A stretch of DNA of 64,000 nucleotides from contig CAZMIU010000001.1 in NCBI GenBank assembly GCA_964566795.1, positions 150,764 to 214,763 on the forward strand, read 5' to 3'. The position numbers and the translations under genes were made by a program. Positions 36,194 to 48,315 of the stretch are shown here, one piece after another; the first letter of the stretch is position 1, and every line of letters starts with the position of its first letter. Origin of the DNA: an uncultured Candidatus Saccharibacteria bacterium. Lineage in GTDB: Bacteria; Patescibacteriota; Minisyncoccia; Phycocordibacterales; SBAW01. The notes below the pieces were generated by a model. The model did not search any database and had not been told where the DNA came from. It was given only the letters and a program-made list of their open reading frames with translations.

Positions 36194-36430
36194 TTACAGG
36201 ATTACTGTTGCGCCCGCGGCGTTCACCTCGAGTACTCCTCCGTCTATGGCAAACAGCTTGGGCTCGTCCCCTGCCGCCAGATGCACGCGCAGGTCGCCCT
36301 TTTTGAGCGTAGTGATAAGCGGCTCGTGCTGCCCCAATACAGTCATCTCGCCCGCGGCCCCGGGAGCGTTGAGGCTGTACGCCTCGCCCTCAAAGAGAGT
36401 TTCGTTTACTTTGGCTATAACCAGATGCAT
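36194..36430 (-). CDS. atpC: F1 ATP synthase epsilon subunit, truncated (beta-sandwich only)
   Basis: 78 aa matching the epsilon N-terminal domain, at the end of the atp operon. C-terminal helices are absent. Confidence 0.7.
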   Translation of the reverse strand: MHLVIAKVNETLFEGEAYSLNAPGAAGEMTVLGQHEPLITTLKKGDLRVHLAAGDEPKLFAIDGGVLEVNAAGATVIL

Positions 36431-36519
36431 GTAGGGATACTAGCACAGCACCCAATGTAATAAAAGAAAAAACCCCGGGGTATGAAGCCCCGGGGCTGTT
36501 GTACTTCTCCTGCCGGAGG

Positions 36520-37341
36520 TCACACCAGCAAGATATCGTTGTGTACGCTCGCTTCGACGTGCGGGATGCCGACGAGGTCCACAGTAGTAACGTCGAACTC
36601 GAGCAGGCCGGGCTGGAAGGCATAGGGTTGGACCCCGGCCGTATTGGGATCCATGTCCATAATTGCCGTGTAGAAGGCCAGGTTCTGGTCGTTCTGCGTG
36701 ACAAACGCCGTGCCCGCGTCGTCCATGATAGGCCGGTTGCCTTGCGCGTCTTCCCAGACAATGTGGGAACCGTTGGGGTTGGCAACCGGGTCGTACTCGG
36801 CATGCAAGGTGTAGTCGAGCACCTCGCGACCGCTCGTGTCGGTAAACTGCAGGCGGATAAAGATATCGTGATCCTGCAGGTACGACTGGAGCGACTCGCC
36901 CTGGCCGTCGGTGTTGGTGCTGATAGACCAGCCAAAACTGGTTGCAGCACGCCCCGCATGTGCGACCGGCACATTGTGTGCCGGGTCGATTACTTGCGGG
37001 CCGTCGGGTGCCACGAACTTGAAGGTGTCTTGCGCGAAGGTCGTCGGCAAGATGCCGTCGCCCTGGCGGTAGTGCACTTCAGTGCCGATCTGCAGATGCT
37101 CCCGGGCGTTGTTCTCGATCTGCCAGCCGTTTGGATCGTTGCCGGCGCCGCGCCATATATTGCCCGTTGCCGGGTTGATCGCGGAGTCGTCGAGGGTCGC
37201 ATTCTGGAATGTCTGCGACCGCAGCGTCCATGGGGTCAGATCGAGGAGGAACGGCACGAACGCATCATCGATGTGCCCATCGTGGTTCCGGTCGAGAAGG
37301 CGCGAAAGGAATCGGGACAAGGGATGTCTCCTTGATTGCAC
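36520..37341 (-). CDS. Hypothetical Asp/Asn/Thr-rich protein with EF-hand-like DRNHDGHIDD motif, inserted between atpD and atpC
   Basis: Minus-strand ORF. A likely TTG start sits 6 nt after an AGGAGA SD. Strong GC3 bias (TTC/ATC/CCG/ACG/GCG) differs from neighbouring atp genes. The overlapping plus-strand ORF is R/V/L-rich antisense. Confidence 0.4.
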   Translation of the reverse strand: MQSRRHPLSRFLSRLLDRNHDGHIDDAFVPFLLDLTPWTLRSQTFQNATLDDSAINPATGNIWRGAGNDPNGWQIENNAREHLQIGTEVHYRQGDGILPTTFAQDTFKFVAPDGPQVIDPAHNVPVAHAGRAATSFGWSISTNTDGQGESLQSYLQDHDIFIRLQFTDTSGREVLDYTLHAEYDPVANPNGSHIVWEDAQGNRPIMDDAGTAFVTQNDQNLAFYTAIMDMDPNTAGVQPYAFQPGLLEFDVTTVDLVGIPHVEASVHNDILLV

Positions 37342-37378
37342 CAGCCCACCATGGGCCGGCTCCGCTAGCGAAAGTAAC

Positions 37379-37395
37379 CCATTTTTTAAAAATGG
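37379..37395. promoter_or_regulatory. AT-rich perfect palindrome CCATTTTT-T-AAAAATGG between atpD stop and the inserted ORF
   Basis: Seen directly in the sequence; candidate operator or processing hairpin. Confidence 0.3.
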
Positions 37396-37419
37396 TCAAT
37401 ACTGCCTATGAAGGGAGCA

Positions 37420-39702
<2,283 letters not shown>

Positions 39703-39716
<14 letters not shown>

Positions 39717-41256
39717 GTAGCGATATAAACTTCTCCAACTGCGTCTTGATCTCAGCTTCAGTCTGGTTCACCATGTCACGCGCCTTGGCAATACTTGAGA
39801 GCACCTCCGGGCGCTCGGCATCAAGGTGCGCCAAAAACTTAGCCTCAAACTCGGGCACTTTCTCGACCGGTACTTTCGCCAAGTAGCCGTTGACCGCCGC
39901 ATATATGACCACCGCCTGGCGCTCAAACGGCAGGGGCTCGCCGTTTTTCTGGCGGAGTGTCGCCATCATGCGCTGGCCGCCATCGATGCGACGCTTGGTG
40001 TCCTCGTCGAGATCAGAGGCAAACTGCATAAACGCCTCGAGCTCCCTAAACTGTGCAAGTTCGAGCTTGATGCGGCCGGAGACCTTCTTCATCGCCTTAG
40101 TCTGTGCGGCAGAGCCCACGCGCGACACCGAGTTGCCGGCGTTAATAGCGGGGCGCACACCCTTGTTAAAGAGGTCGGTCTCAAGAAATATCTGGCCATC
40201 GGTAATCGAGATCACGTTGGTGGGCACGTAGGCAGAGATGTCGTTCTCCTGGGTCTCGATAATGGGGAGCGCGGTTAAGGAGCCTCCGCCCAATTCCTTT
40301 GAGAGCTTGGCTGCGCGCTCGAGCAGACGAGAGTGGAGGTAAAAGATGTCGCCCGGGTATGCCTCGCGGCCCGGCGGGCGGCGCAAGAGCAAAGAGAGCT
40401 GGCGGTAGGCCACCGCGTGCTTGGAGAGGTCGTCGTAGATAACGAGCGCATCCTGTCCCTTTTGCATAAAGTACTCGCCTATCGCTGCACCCGCAAACGG
40501 TGCCAGGTACTGCATGGCAGCCGGTGCCGAGGCGCCTGCGTCTACAACTATAGAGTACTCAAGTGCGCCCCGCTCGCGCAGTTTTTGCACCAGGCGCGCG
40601 GTCTTAGACTCCTTCTGGCCGATGGAGACATAGATGCACACGGGGCGCGACTCCGCGGCTTCAGACTTTTGGTTGAGGATGGTGTCTATCGCAATGGTGG
40701 TCTTGCCCGTACCGCGATCGCCGATGATAAGCTCGCGCTGGCCGCGGCCGATCGGGATCATCGAGTCTATAGCCTTGATACCCGTATGCAGAGGCGTGTT
40801 GACCGACTGGCGCTCAATAACGCCGTAGGCCTCGCGCTCAATAGGGTTGCGTGCCTTGGTTTTTATCGCACCCTGGCCATCGAGCGCCTCGCCTAGTGGC
40901 GAGACAACACGGCCCAAGAGCTCCTCGCCCACCGGCAACGAAAGTACCTCGCCCGTAGAAAACACACTCATACCCTCCGACACCAGGCTGGTGTCGCCCA
41001 ATATAATGACGCGCACCGACTCCTCCTCGAGGTTTAACACCACACCGTACACTTCGGCCTTGGTCTCGATGGCGTCTTTAAGCGCCTTGCCATGCGCGAT
41101 ATCAAAGCGAACCATCTCAGACATCTTTGCACCCGCGAGGCCCTCGATCTGTGCTACACCGTCGCCCACACGCACCACAACACCCGCGTCTTTGGGGCGC
41201 GAAGACGGCTCAAAGCCTTGTATCTCTTTTTTAAATTGCTCAATAAAGTTGTTCAT
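39703..41256 (-). CDS. atpA: F1 ATP synthase alpha subunit
   Basis: Walker A GDRGTGKT, 517 aa. Confidence 0.97.
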
Positions 41257-41260
41257 ATGT

Positions 41261-41497
41261 TCATGCGGTGAGTTTCCTATAGAGCTCTAACAAAATGCGG
41301 GTTTGTGCCTGGTCTGGTGTTTCTTCTTTCTGCTTTTGCAGTCTCGCGTCGTGCTCAACCAGTTTTTCGTATTCTGCGAGTATCTGCGGGAGGAGATTTT
41401 CGTGGCCGCGGCGCTCGAGAACTTTTTTAAGCCCGGCCAGATGTTCTTTTTTGGCCCCAAGCTGGTATATCCCCTGTGCGTAATCTTTGGCCAACAT
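41261..41497 (-). CDS. atpH: ATP synthase delta (OSCP) subunit, truncated to the N-terminal domain (78 aa)
   Basis: AKDYAQGIYQLGAKKEHLAG... aligns with the delta N-terminus. The ORF is squeezed between atpF (5-nt gap) and atpA (4-nt gap). Confidence 0.55.
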   Translation of the reverse strand: MLAKDYAQGIYQLGAKKEHLAGLKKVLERRGHENLLPQILAEYEKLVEHDARLQKQKEETPDQAQTRILLELYRKLTA

Positions 41498-41502
41498 AGG
41501 TA

Positions 41503-41943
41503 TTACTTCTTTAATGCCTTCTCCATTCCCAAAACAATAAGCTTGGCTACCTCTTCTTTAGACTCAGCGATAGCTTTTGATTTTTCCTCTTTAGCCTGGG
41601 CCTGCGCCTGGGCAACTATAGACTCGGCGCGCTTGCCTGCCTCATCCACTATCTCGCGCTCGCGCGCACTTGCCGCAGCGCGTGCGCGTGCAAGCGCCTC
41701 GTCGGCCTCCTGTGCCGCCTTCTGAAGTACACCGGAGCGCTCGTTCTCAATCTCTTGCCTGGCCTGGCTCGCCGCCTCGGCATCCTCCACGCCCTTGAGC
41801 ACCTTTTGGCGGCGCTCCTCGAGCATTTTCATAACCGGCCCGTACAGGAAGTACCACAACCCGAGCATGAGCAGGCCGAAGTTGATCATGTTGATGAGCA
41901 ACAAGCGCCAGTCTATGCCAAATGTGTGGAGAATTGAGTCCAT
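41503..41943 (-). CDS. atpF: Fo ATP synthase subunit b
   Basis: N-terminal TM helix plus long charged coiled coil. Confidence 0.8.
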   Translation of the reverse strand: MDSILHTFGIDWRLLLINMINFGLLMLGLWYFLYGPVMKMLEERRQKVLKGVEDAEAASQARQEIENERSGVLQKAAQEADEALARARAAASAREREIVDEAGKRAESIVAQAQAQAKEEKSKAIAESKEEVAKLIVLGMEKALKK

Positions 41944-41954
41944 GTGCAGGCGGT

Positions 41955-42040
41955 GGGAAATTTGTTCGGAAAAATAGTCTGGCCCGCAAGGCTCATAGCC
42001 GAGACGGGAGACCCGAGGACTTTTTTCTGGGCAAATTTCC
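41955..42040. repeat. Structured intergenic element, copy 2 (between atpE and atpF): 9-bp closing stem GGAAATTTG/CAAATTTCC around the conserved core
   Basis: Core 41968-42028 is homologous to 25150-25198 with compensatory base changes (CCTG/CAGG to CCCG/CGGG; gggct-tcg-agccc to ggct-cat-agcc). Confidence 0.6.
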
Positions 42041-42047
42041 TAGAGCT

Positions 42048-42284
<237 letters not shown>

Positions 42285-42301
42285 TTACTTAATAACTATG
42301 T

Positions 42302-43075
42302 CTAATGCGCCCCATGCGGCTCGTCGATGGCAATCTTGATGAACGCCATCGTGAGTATCGCAAACACCGCCGCCTGCAGGAGCCCGATGAACATCTCGAA
42401 CGCCATAAGCGGCACGGGGAGGATGAGGGGCACGAAGGTGCCCACAACCAACAGGAGTACGTGTCCAGCAAAAATGGCCCCAAAGAGCCTGAAGCTAAAC
42501 GAGATCAGGCGCGCCAAGTTGCCGATAAGCTCCAACAGCCCCACAGCAAAGCCCATTGCACCTCCGCTAAAGTTAACAAACTTCGAGCCGTATCTCAATA
42601 CGCCCAGTGTCATGATGCCGGAGACCTCGATGACAAAAAACGAGATGATGGCGAGTGCGAGCGTGGTGTTTAAATCAGCATTAACTGCATGAAAGAGGCT
42701 CGTAAGCCCGTGATGCTCCCCCTCCCCCACAAGCCCGACCGTGCCATAGATAGGCAAAAAGTCGAACATGTTGGCCACAAAGATAAAAATAAAAATGGTC
42801 GCGATGAGGGGGAAGTAGCGCAGCGCAAGAGCGCGGCTGCCTAAGGTGGCCTCTATAAGCCCCAGGAGGTACTCAAAAAACATCTCAATGCCGGCCTGTA
42901 TGCGGCCCGGCACCATACGCAGGCTGCGGCGCAGGAGCCAGGCACTGACAAGGAGCGCGGCCATCACCAGCCATGTTGTTAACAACGAGCTTGTAACCGG
43001 CAGCACGCCAAACAAACTAAACAGGCGCTCTGACGCGAGCGATATATGCAGGCCCTCCTCCATACTTGCTGGCAT
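42302..43075 (-). CDS. atpB: Fo ATP synthase subunit a
   Basis: Five-TM protein with conserved Arg in the penultimate helix (LRLFGNI-like region). Confidence 0.9.
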   Translation of the reverse strand: MPASMEEGLHISLASERLFSLFGVLPVTSSLLTTWLVMAALLVSAWLLRRSLRMVPGRIQAGIEMFFEYLLGLIEATLGSRALALRYFPLIATIFIFIFVANMFDFLPIYGTVGLVGEGEHHGLTSLFHAVNADLNTTLALAIISFFVIEVSGIMTLGVLRYGSKFVNFSGGAMGFAVGLLELIGNLARLISFSFRLFGAIFAGHVLLLVVGTFVPLILPVPLMAFEMFIGLLQAAVFAILTMAFIKIAIDEPHGAH

Positions 43076-43216
43076 TCTAGCACAGAGCGCCTCCTGAGGC
43101 GACCCTTATGCATGGCGTACGTGCTAGTATTGTGTGGTAAGCGTGACCACAGTTGGGCGTCTACATGTGTGGCAGTACCTTGTGCGCATTAGCAGTCAAA
43201 TATACAACACAACATT

Positions 43217-43759
43217 ATGTCATTTATTTCAATAGCAATCGCAGCACTGCTCGCAGTGGGCGGCGGCGCATCTGTCGCGGCTCAGGGCAGCGTCCCCGGC
43301 GACGCGCTCTATGGGCTTAAAATCGGCGTTAACGAGAAGGTGGAGGCAGCACTCGCCTTCTCAGACGAGGCTAAGGCAGACGAGCACCTTGAGGCCATTG
43401 CAGAGCGCCACGAGGAGGCAAAGAAGCTTGAGGCCAAGGGCAAGCTCGATGTGCAGACCAAAGCCAGCCTCAATGCCAACATAGACGCCCACGCCAAGGC
43501 ATTTGCGACCGCACTTGCAAACGTCAAGGCGCATGGCAGTGCAGAGGCTGTAGCACAGCTTGAGACAAAGCTTGAGGCCGCACTTGATGCCGCGGCTGGC
43601 GCAGACACGTCTGCCTCGGCAAAGGCCAACGCCAACCTAAACGCAAATGTTAATTCCAACGCACAGGGCTCTGCAACTGGCACCATGAACTCGGCCAGTA
43701 CCTCGGGCCAGGGTGCTGTAAAAGTTGAGACCAACAACGGTGTGCGTGTCGAGCTGTAA
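43217..43759 (+). CDS. Hypothetical secreted Ala/Lys/Glu-rich helical protein
   Basis: Signal peptide MSFISIAIAALLAVGGGASVAAQ; low-complexity coiled-coil-like body. Confidence 0.45.
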   Translation: MSFISIAIAALLAVGGGASVAAQGSVPGDALYGLKIGVNEKVEAALAFSDEAKADEHLEAIAERHEEAKKLEAKGKLDVQTKASLNANIDAHAKAFATALANVKAHGSAEAVAQLETKLEAALDAAAGADTSASAKANANLNANVNSNAQGSATGTMNSASTSGQGAVKVETNNGVRVEL

Positions 43760-43780
43760 AATTAATACTCTATCGAGGAC

Positions 43781-43806
43781 AAAACCGCCCACCCGGGCGG
43801 TTTTGT
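43781..43806 (+). terminator. Hairpin ccgccc-accc-gggcgg plus TTTT
   Basis: Immediately after the 43759 stop. Confidence 0.5.
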
Positions 43807-43852
43807 TTACTGCCTGTACCAGGGCCACAATTCCTGATATATTTCCAAGCGT

Positions 43853-43890
43853 AGTCAAACGGGATGTGGTAATTGGTATCGTACGCCCGG
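43853..43890 (+). pseudogene. tRNA-Pro 5'-half-like fragment
   Basis: cgggatgtggtaattggtatcgtacgc matches the first ~30 nt of the downstream tRNA-Pro, then diverges. No foldable 3' half. Confidence 0.3.
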
Positions 43891-43903
43891 TCGGAAACTT
43901 AGT

Positions 43904-43974
43904 CGGGATGTGGTATAATGGTATTACGTACGCTTCGGGTGCGTATAATCCGAGTTCGATTCTCGGCATCCCGA
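43904..43974 (+). tRNA. tRNA-Pro (anticodon CGG)
   Basis: C1:G72, discriminator A73, anticodon loop UUCGGGU, T-loop TTCGATT; 71 nt. Confidence 0.75.
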
Positions 43975-44010
43975 CTAAGTTTCCGACAAAATAAAAGAGG
44001 GTGTGTAGCC

Positions 44011-44037
44011 GGACGTGAGTTCGGTTCTCGGCATCCC
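44011..44037 (+). pseudogene. tRNA-Pro 3'-half duplicate (T-arm plus acceptor)
   Basis: gagttcggttctcggcatcccgact differs from the intact tRNA 3' end at one position. It lies 36 nt downstream of the intact gene. Confidence 0.4.
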
Positions 44038-44057
44038 GACTAGTTTAAGATCCGTTT

Positions 44058-44131
44058 GGGCCCTTAAGCAAAGCTTACTGGCCCGGCGTTCGGTCCAAAT
44101 ACAAGCAAGCTTGTTTTTGGAAACCTCACTT
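44058..44131 (+). pseudogene. Decayed tRNA-Ala-like copy
   Basis: Starts with GGGCCCTTA (identical to the tRNA-Ala 5' end) and spans one tRNA length to the next ttGGGCCCTTA, but cannot be folded into a cloverleaf. Confidence 0.25.
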
Positions 44132-44202
44132 GGGCCCTTAGTTAAGTGGTACAACGGTGCATTCGCATTGCACAGGCGCGAGTTCGATTCTCGCAGGGTC
44201 CA
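44132..44202 (+). tRNA. tRNA-Ala (anticodon CGC)
   Basis: Acceptor GGGCCCT with G3:U70, anticodon loop UUCGCAU, T-loop TTCGATT, discriminator A; 71 nt. Confidence 0.75.
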
Positions 44203-44227
44203 CTAAACATCTGCTACCATAAGGCGC

Positions 44228-44761
44228 ATGGATACAGCGTCCGGGCTTCCCTCATCAATGGTTATAACTATCGCGCTGCTTGCGCTGTTTTTGTCGTTCT
44301 TAGTCGTGCTCAAGTACACCATTACCGACCGGTTTAGGAGCACGCGCTTTGCCATGACCTCGTTCTTCTTCTTTATCGTGGCAACGCTCAGCCTCTCGTT
44401 TTGGCAGTACACCCTGCACACGCTCCCCTATGCCGTGCCTGCGTTTGTGGTCGGCGTACTTCTGGGGTACGCGGTTGGTGTGCGCGGGGCGCAGGAGCGC
44501 CGCCGCCGCGAGGGAGAGGAGCACTACCGGGAGCATTTTGCGCACATACACATACGCGGCTCACAAAACATCACGTGGTGGACCTTTATAAACTTCTACA
44601 CCATCATGGGGGCGCTCGCGCTCATTAACCTTGTGGGCTTTAGCGTTGTCATTATGCAGAGCGAACCGTTTGCCATCATAACAAGCGCTGTGGGTGCGCT
44701 CCTTTTAGGGAGCATTGTCCCCTACCTGGCACACATCTGGAGTATCAAAGCACCGCGCTAA
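44228..44761 (+). CDS. Hypothetical integral membrane protein (about 5 TM)
   Basis: Hydrophobic ORF downstream of the tRNA cluster, convergent with cyoE. Confidence 0.45.
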   Translation: MDTASGLPSSMVITIALLALFLSFLVVLKYTITDRFRSTRFAMTSFFFFIVATLSLSFWQYTLHTLPYAVPAFVVGVLLGYAVGVRGAQERRRREGEEHYREHFAHIHIRGSQNITWWTFINFYTIMGALALINLVGFSVVIMQSEPFAIITSAVGALLLGSIVPYLAHIWSIKAPR

Positions 44762-45459
44762 GCCAGCGCCACAAGCGCCGCACAGCCCATGAGGAGCACC
44801 ACAAGCGAGAGCCTAAACACCAGCTGTGCCTGGCGTTTTTGTTTCTGACTAAAGGGCCCGCGGACATACATAGGCACCCCGGCCGCCTTATACTCCTCTG
44901 CTCTATATATAGATATCGCCACAAAGTGCGGCAGCTGCCAGACAAACAAAAGCACAAACAGTACAAGCGCTGTGGTATCGAACGTGCCGGCCACGGCGGT
45001 ATAGCCCACCACCGGAGGCGTAGCTCCCGCAATGGCACCGACAAAAAGCGCGTGTGCAGAGCGATGCTTGATGGGCGTGTACAAAAGCACATACGAGACC
45101 CAGCCCAGGACCGCCGCCATAAGCGCCTCAAATGTGGTGAGTGCAAGCAATGATAAGCCCGCCGCCAAAAGCACGCTACCCCACACAAGGGCATGGTTGG
45201 TGGGCACATGGCCCATGGGGAGCGCGCGGCAGCGCGTTCTCTCCATAGCGGCATCAATGCCGCGGTCCCAGTAGTTATTAAACACGCACCCGGAGGCGAT
45301 AACACACCCCAACCCCGCAAGTGTGAGCAGGGGTGCAGATATATTGAACACGCCGTGGCTCGCAAAGTAAAAAGCTGCAGCGGCCACCACCACGTTGGCG
45401 TATACCATGCGGGGTTTGGCAAGCTCGTAGTAGGCGCCAAGCGCAAGCGTGTTAGTCAT
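44758..45459 (-). CDS. cyoE: Protoheme IX farnesyltransferase (heme O synthase), UbiA family
   Basis: UbiA-family Asp-rich motifs (NxxxDxxxD-like: NNYWDRGIDAAMERT), 7-8 TM, last gene of the oxidase operon. Confidence 0.85.
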   Translation of the reverse strand: MTNTLALGAYYELAKPRMVYANVVVAAAAFYFASHGVFNISAPLLTLAGLGCVIASGCVFNNYWDRGIDAAMERTRCRALPMGHVPTNHALVWGSVLLAAGLSLLALTTFEALMAAVLGWVSYVLLYTPIKHRSAHALFVGAIAGATPPVVGYTAVAGTFDTTALVLFVLLFVWQLPHFVAISIYRAEEYKAAGVPMYVRGPFSQKQKRQAQLVFRLSLVVLLMGCAALVALA

Positions 45460-45823
45460 TGGAGTTTTGCGGAGTTACTACACCCTCAATAAACGGCGTG
45501 TGGCTAGTGTGTGTCTCATGGCCACGGGCGTTGAGCTCCTGCATAATCCACAGCGTCCCACCCACCAGAATCACCACCACTACACAGGCAAAGCACAATG
45601 CTAAGAAGTTATAGCGGGGCGAGCGCTCTTCCCCCATATGCATAAAGAAGTACAACTGCACCAACAACTGCAGCACAGCCGCGGCGACAAATGCAGCAAT
45701 CATCACGCCGTGGCCCGGGTACGCATGGTCTGCGGCCTCATGCATCCACAGCACATACACCGGTGCCAACGTTAAGAGCAGCGAGAGTGCATAGCCTGTG
45801 ATGTATGCCTTGAGATGGTTCAT
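45452..45823 (-). CDS. cyoD: Cytochrome bo3 quinol oxidase subunit IV
   Basis: Small 3-TM protein between subunit III and cyoE. Confidence 0.65.
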   Translation of the reverse strand: MNHLKAYITGYALSLLLTLAPVYVLWMHEAADHAYPGHGVMIAAFVAAAVLQLLVQLYFFMHMGEERSPRYNFLALCFACVVVVILVGGTLWIMQELNARGHETHTSHTPFIEGVVTPQNSND

Positions 45824-46398
45824 GAAATGCCAAGTGCGCCAAACAGGTACACAAACGTAAATATGAATATCCAGATGATATCAAGGAAGTGCCAAAACAG
45901 CGCGAGGCACGCAAGCTTGGTCTGTATCCCCTCGCCAAACCCCCTAAACCACACATGGGCTATAACGACACACATCCATATGCTCGCCGCGAGTACATGC
46001 AGCCCGTGCGTACCCAGGAGCGTAAAGAATGCGGAAAGGAATGCGCTTGTATCGGGCCCGTGTCCCTCGCCTACAAGCTTGGCAAACTCATAGACCTCCA
46101 TCCCAAGGAATGCGAGTCCAAGAAATAATGTGAGCTTGAGCAATGCAACAGTCAGCACGCGCCTACGTGCCTGTGCGGCCAGGGTGGCAAGCCCCATGGT
46201 AAAGCTCGAGGTAAGGAGTACAAGCGTTTCTGCGAGCACAAAGGGCATGCTTACCAGGCTCTCTATTGCGGGCCCGCCAAATGTCTCGGGCACAAGCACC
46301 ACATAGGTGGCAAACAGCCCGGCAAACAACACGCAGTCGCTCATGATGTATATCCAGAAGCCGGATGTCACCAGGTCTTTTGTAGTGCGCGTGCTCAT
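45820..46398 (-). CDS. cyoC: Heme-copper oxidase subunit III
   Basis: Five-TM subunit III fold. Confidence 0.8.
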   Translation of the reverse strand: MSTRTTKDLVTSGFWIYIMSDCVLFAGLFATYVVLVPETFGGPAIESLVSMPFVLAETLVLLTSSFTMGLATLAAQARRRVLTVALLKLTLFLGLAFLGMEVYEFAKLVGEGHGPDTSAFLSAFFTLLGTHGLHVLAASIWMCVVIAHVWFRGFGEGIQTKLACLALFWHFLDIIWIFIFTFVYLFGALGIS

Positions 46399-48314
46399 AT
46401 GCGTATTGAAATTTCCCTTACTTCTTCAGATACAAACGAGCGCACGACAAAGCATCCAATGCATCCTACAAGGGCAAGCGCTGATAGCCACCAGATATGC
46501 CAGACAATGGCAAACCCGAGGACAACCGCGGCGCCGCCCACAACAAGGCCAAGTGCGCTGGGGGCGGGCATGCGTATCGTGCCCTCCTTCTGTGACATGA
46601 CAAGCGGGGTCCCGTGCTTATGCTCCCAGTATGCGTCGCGCCCGTGCACGTGCGGTATCGAGGCAAAGTTGTAGGCAGGCGGCGGGCTAGAAGTAAGCCA
46701 CTCGAGCGTGCGGCCGTCGCCCCACGGGTCGTTTCCTGCTGGGTTCTTTTTGCGGTCGCGGACAGACACGTACATCTGTATAGCCTGCATGAGTACGCCC
46801 ACCCCTATCACACACAACCCCACTGCGGCGACAATAAACAGCGGCTGCCACTCGGGTGTCACCACCACTAGGCGGCGCGTGGCTCCCATAAGCCCCAGAG
46901 CGTACAGCGGCACAAACGCCAGCAGGAAGCCCACAAGCCAGCACCAAAACGCGCGCTTGCCCCACACTTCGCTCAGCGTAAATCCAAAGAGTTTGGGGAA
47001 CCAGTACGCAAACCCGGCAAAAAACCCAAACAGTACGCCCCCAATAATCATGTTGTGGAAGTGCGCCACCAAAAACAGCGAGTTATGGAACTGGAAGTCC
47101 ACCCCGGGTATCGACATGAGAACGCCTGTCATGCCGCCCAAGATAAATGTGGAGAGAAAGCCCATGTACCAGAGCATGGGTGTCGCAAAGGTGATGCGCC
47201 CCCTAAACATGGTAAAGAGCCAGTTAAACACCTTGACCCCGGTGGGTATGGCGATCACCATGGTCATAATCCCAAAGAACGCGTTTACATTTGCCCCTGC
47301 ACCCATGGTAAAGAAGTGGTGCACCCACACCACAAACGACAACAGCGCTATGGCCATGGTCGCCAACACCATCGAGGCGTAGCCGAACAGACGCTTTTTT
47401 GAAAACACGGGGACAAGCTCCGAGAATATGCCAAAAGACGGGAGTATTAAGATGTAGACCTCCGGGTGGCCCCACGCCCATATGAGGTTTATATAGAGCA
47501 TCGCGTTGCCGCCCAGGTCGGTGGTAAAAAAGTGCATCCCCAGAACCCTGTCGAGCGAGAGGAGCGCGAGTGTGACCGTGAGTATCGGGAACGCAAATAC
47601 CACGAGTATCATGGAGGCAAGCGTGGTCCAGGCAAACACCGGCATCTTCATAAGAGTCATGCCCGGTGCACGCTCTTTTAAGATCGTTACAATAAAGTTA
47701 ATACCGGCGAGCAATGTGCCCACGCCGGCGATCTGGAGCGCCCATATGTAATAGTCTACCCCTACCCCCGGACTGTACTGGAGCTCGGAGAGCGGCGGGT
47801 ATGCAAGCCACCCTGTAGCGGCAAACTCGCCCGCAACAAGCGATATGTTAAGGAGTATCGCTCCTGCTGCCGTGAGCCAAAATGAGACCGAGTTGAGCAG
47901 CGGGTACGCCACATCGCGCGCACCAATAAGGAGCGGAAGGGCGAGGTTGATGAGCGCAAACATAAACGGCATCGCCACAAAAAAGATCATGATCACGCCA
48001 TGGGCGGTAAATATCTGCGCGTAATGGTCCGGCGACAAGTATCCCTCGCTGCCGGGCAAGCTAATAGCCTGCTGGGCGCGCATCATGGCGGCATCCACCA
48101 TGCCGCGCACAAGCATCACACCGGCAAGCACAAAGTACAGTACGGCAATCTTTTTGTGGTCGAGGCTACAGAGGTATTCGCGGTACAGCCAGCCCCACTT
48201 TTTAGTAATGGTCATTAAGACCACAAACAGGGCGCCACCCAGCACAACCATAAGTTGCGGGACTGTCTCAATGGGCCCGTGTATGAACGCGGCTGGGGTG
48301 AGCAGTCCCAGCAT
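46395..48314 (-). CDS. cyoB: Heme-copper oxidase subunit I (quinol oxidase type)
   Basis: 12+ TM, conserved His ligands (WAHHFF, HHxxxGG region), 639 aa. Confidence 0.95.
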   Translation of the reverse strand: MLGLLTPAAFIHGPIETVPQLMVVLGGALFVVLMTITKKWGWLYREYLCSLDHKKIAVLYFVLAGVMLVRGMVDAAMMRAQQAISLPGSEGYLSPDHYAQIFTAHGVIMIFFVAMPFMFALINLALPLLIGARDVAYPLLNSVSFWLTAAGAILLNISLVAGEFAATGWLAYPPLSELQYSPGVGVDYYIWALQIAGVGTLLAGINFIVTILKERAPGMTLMKMPVFAWTTLASMILVVFAFPILTVTLALLSLDRVLGMHFFTTDLGGNAMLYINLIWAWGHPEVYILILPSFGIFSELVPVFSKKRLFGYASMVLATMAIALLSFVVWVHHFFTMGAGANVNAFFGIMTMVIAIPTGVKVFNWLFTMFRGRITFATPMLWYMGFLSTFILGGMTGVLMSIPGVDFQFHNSLFLVAHFHNMIIGGVLFGFFAGFAYWFPKLFGFTLSEVWGKRAFWCWLVGFLLAFVPLYALGLMGATRRLVVVTPEWQPLFIVAAVGLCVIGVGVLMQAIQMYVSVRDRKKNPAGNDPWGDGRTLEWLTSSPPPAYNFASIPHVHGRDAYWEHKHGTPLVMSQKEGTIRMPAPSALGLVVGGAAVVLGFAIVWHIWWLSALALVGCIGCFVVRSFVSEEVREISIRI

Positions 48315-48315
48315 A

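Noticed and set aside
36499-37335. 278-aa plus-strand ORF overlapping the inserted atp-operon ORF
   Set aside because: R/V/L-rich antisense-like composition. The minus-strand frame has a proper SD plus start and a diverse composition, so the minus frame is preferred, though still uncertain.
43853-44202. Integrated mobile element at the tRNA-Pro/tRNA-Ala cluster
   Set aside because: tRNA half-duplicates are present, but there is no integrase, no transposase and no obvious cargo, and the duplicates lie within 40 nt of the intact gene. It is called a scar or decay rather than an element.
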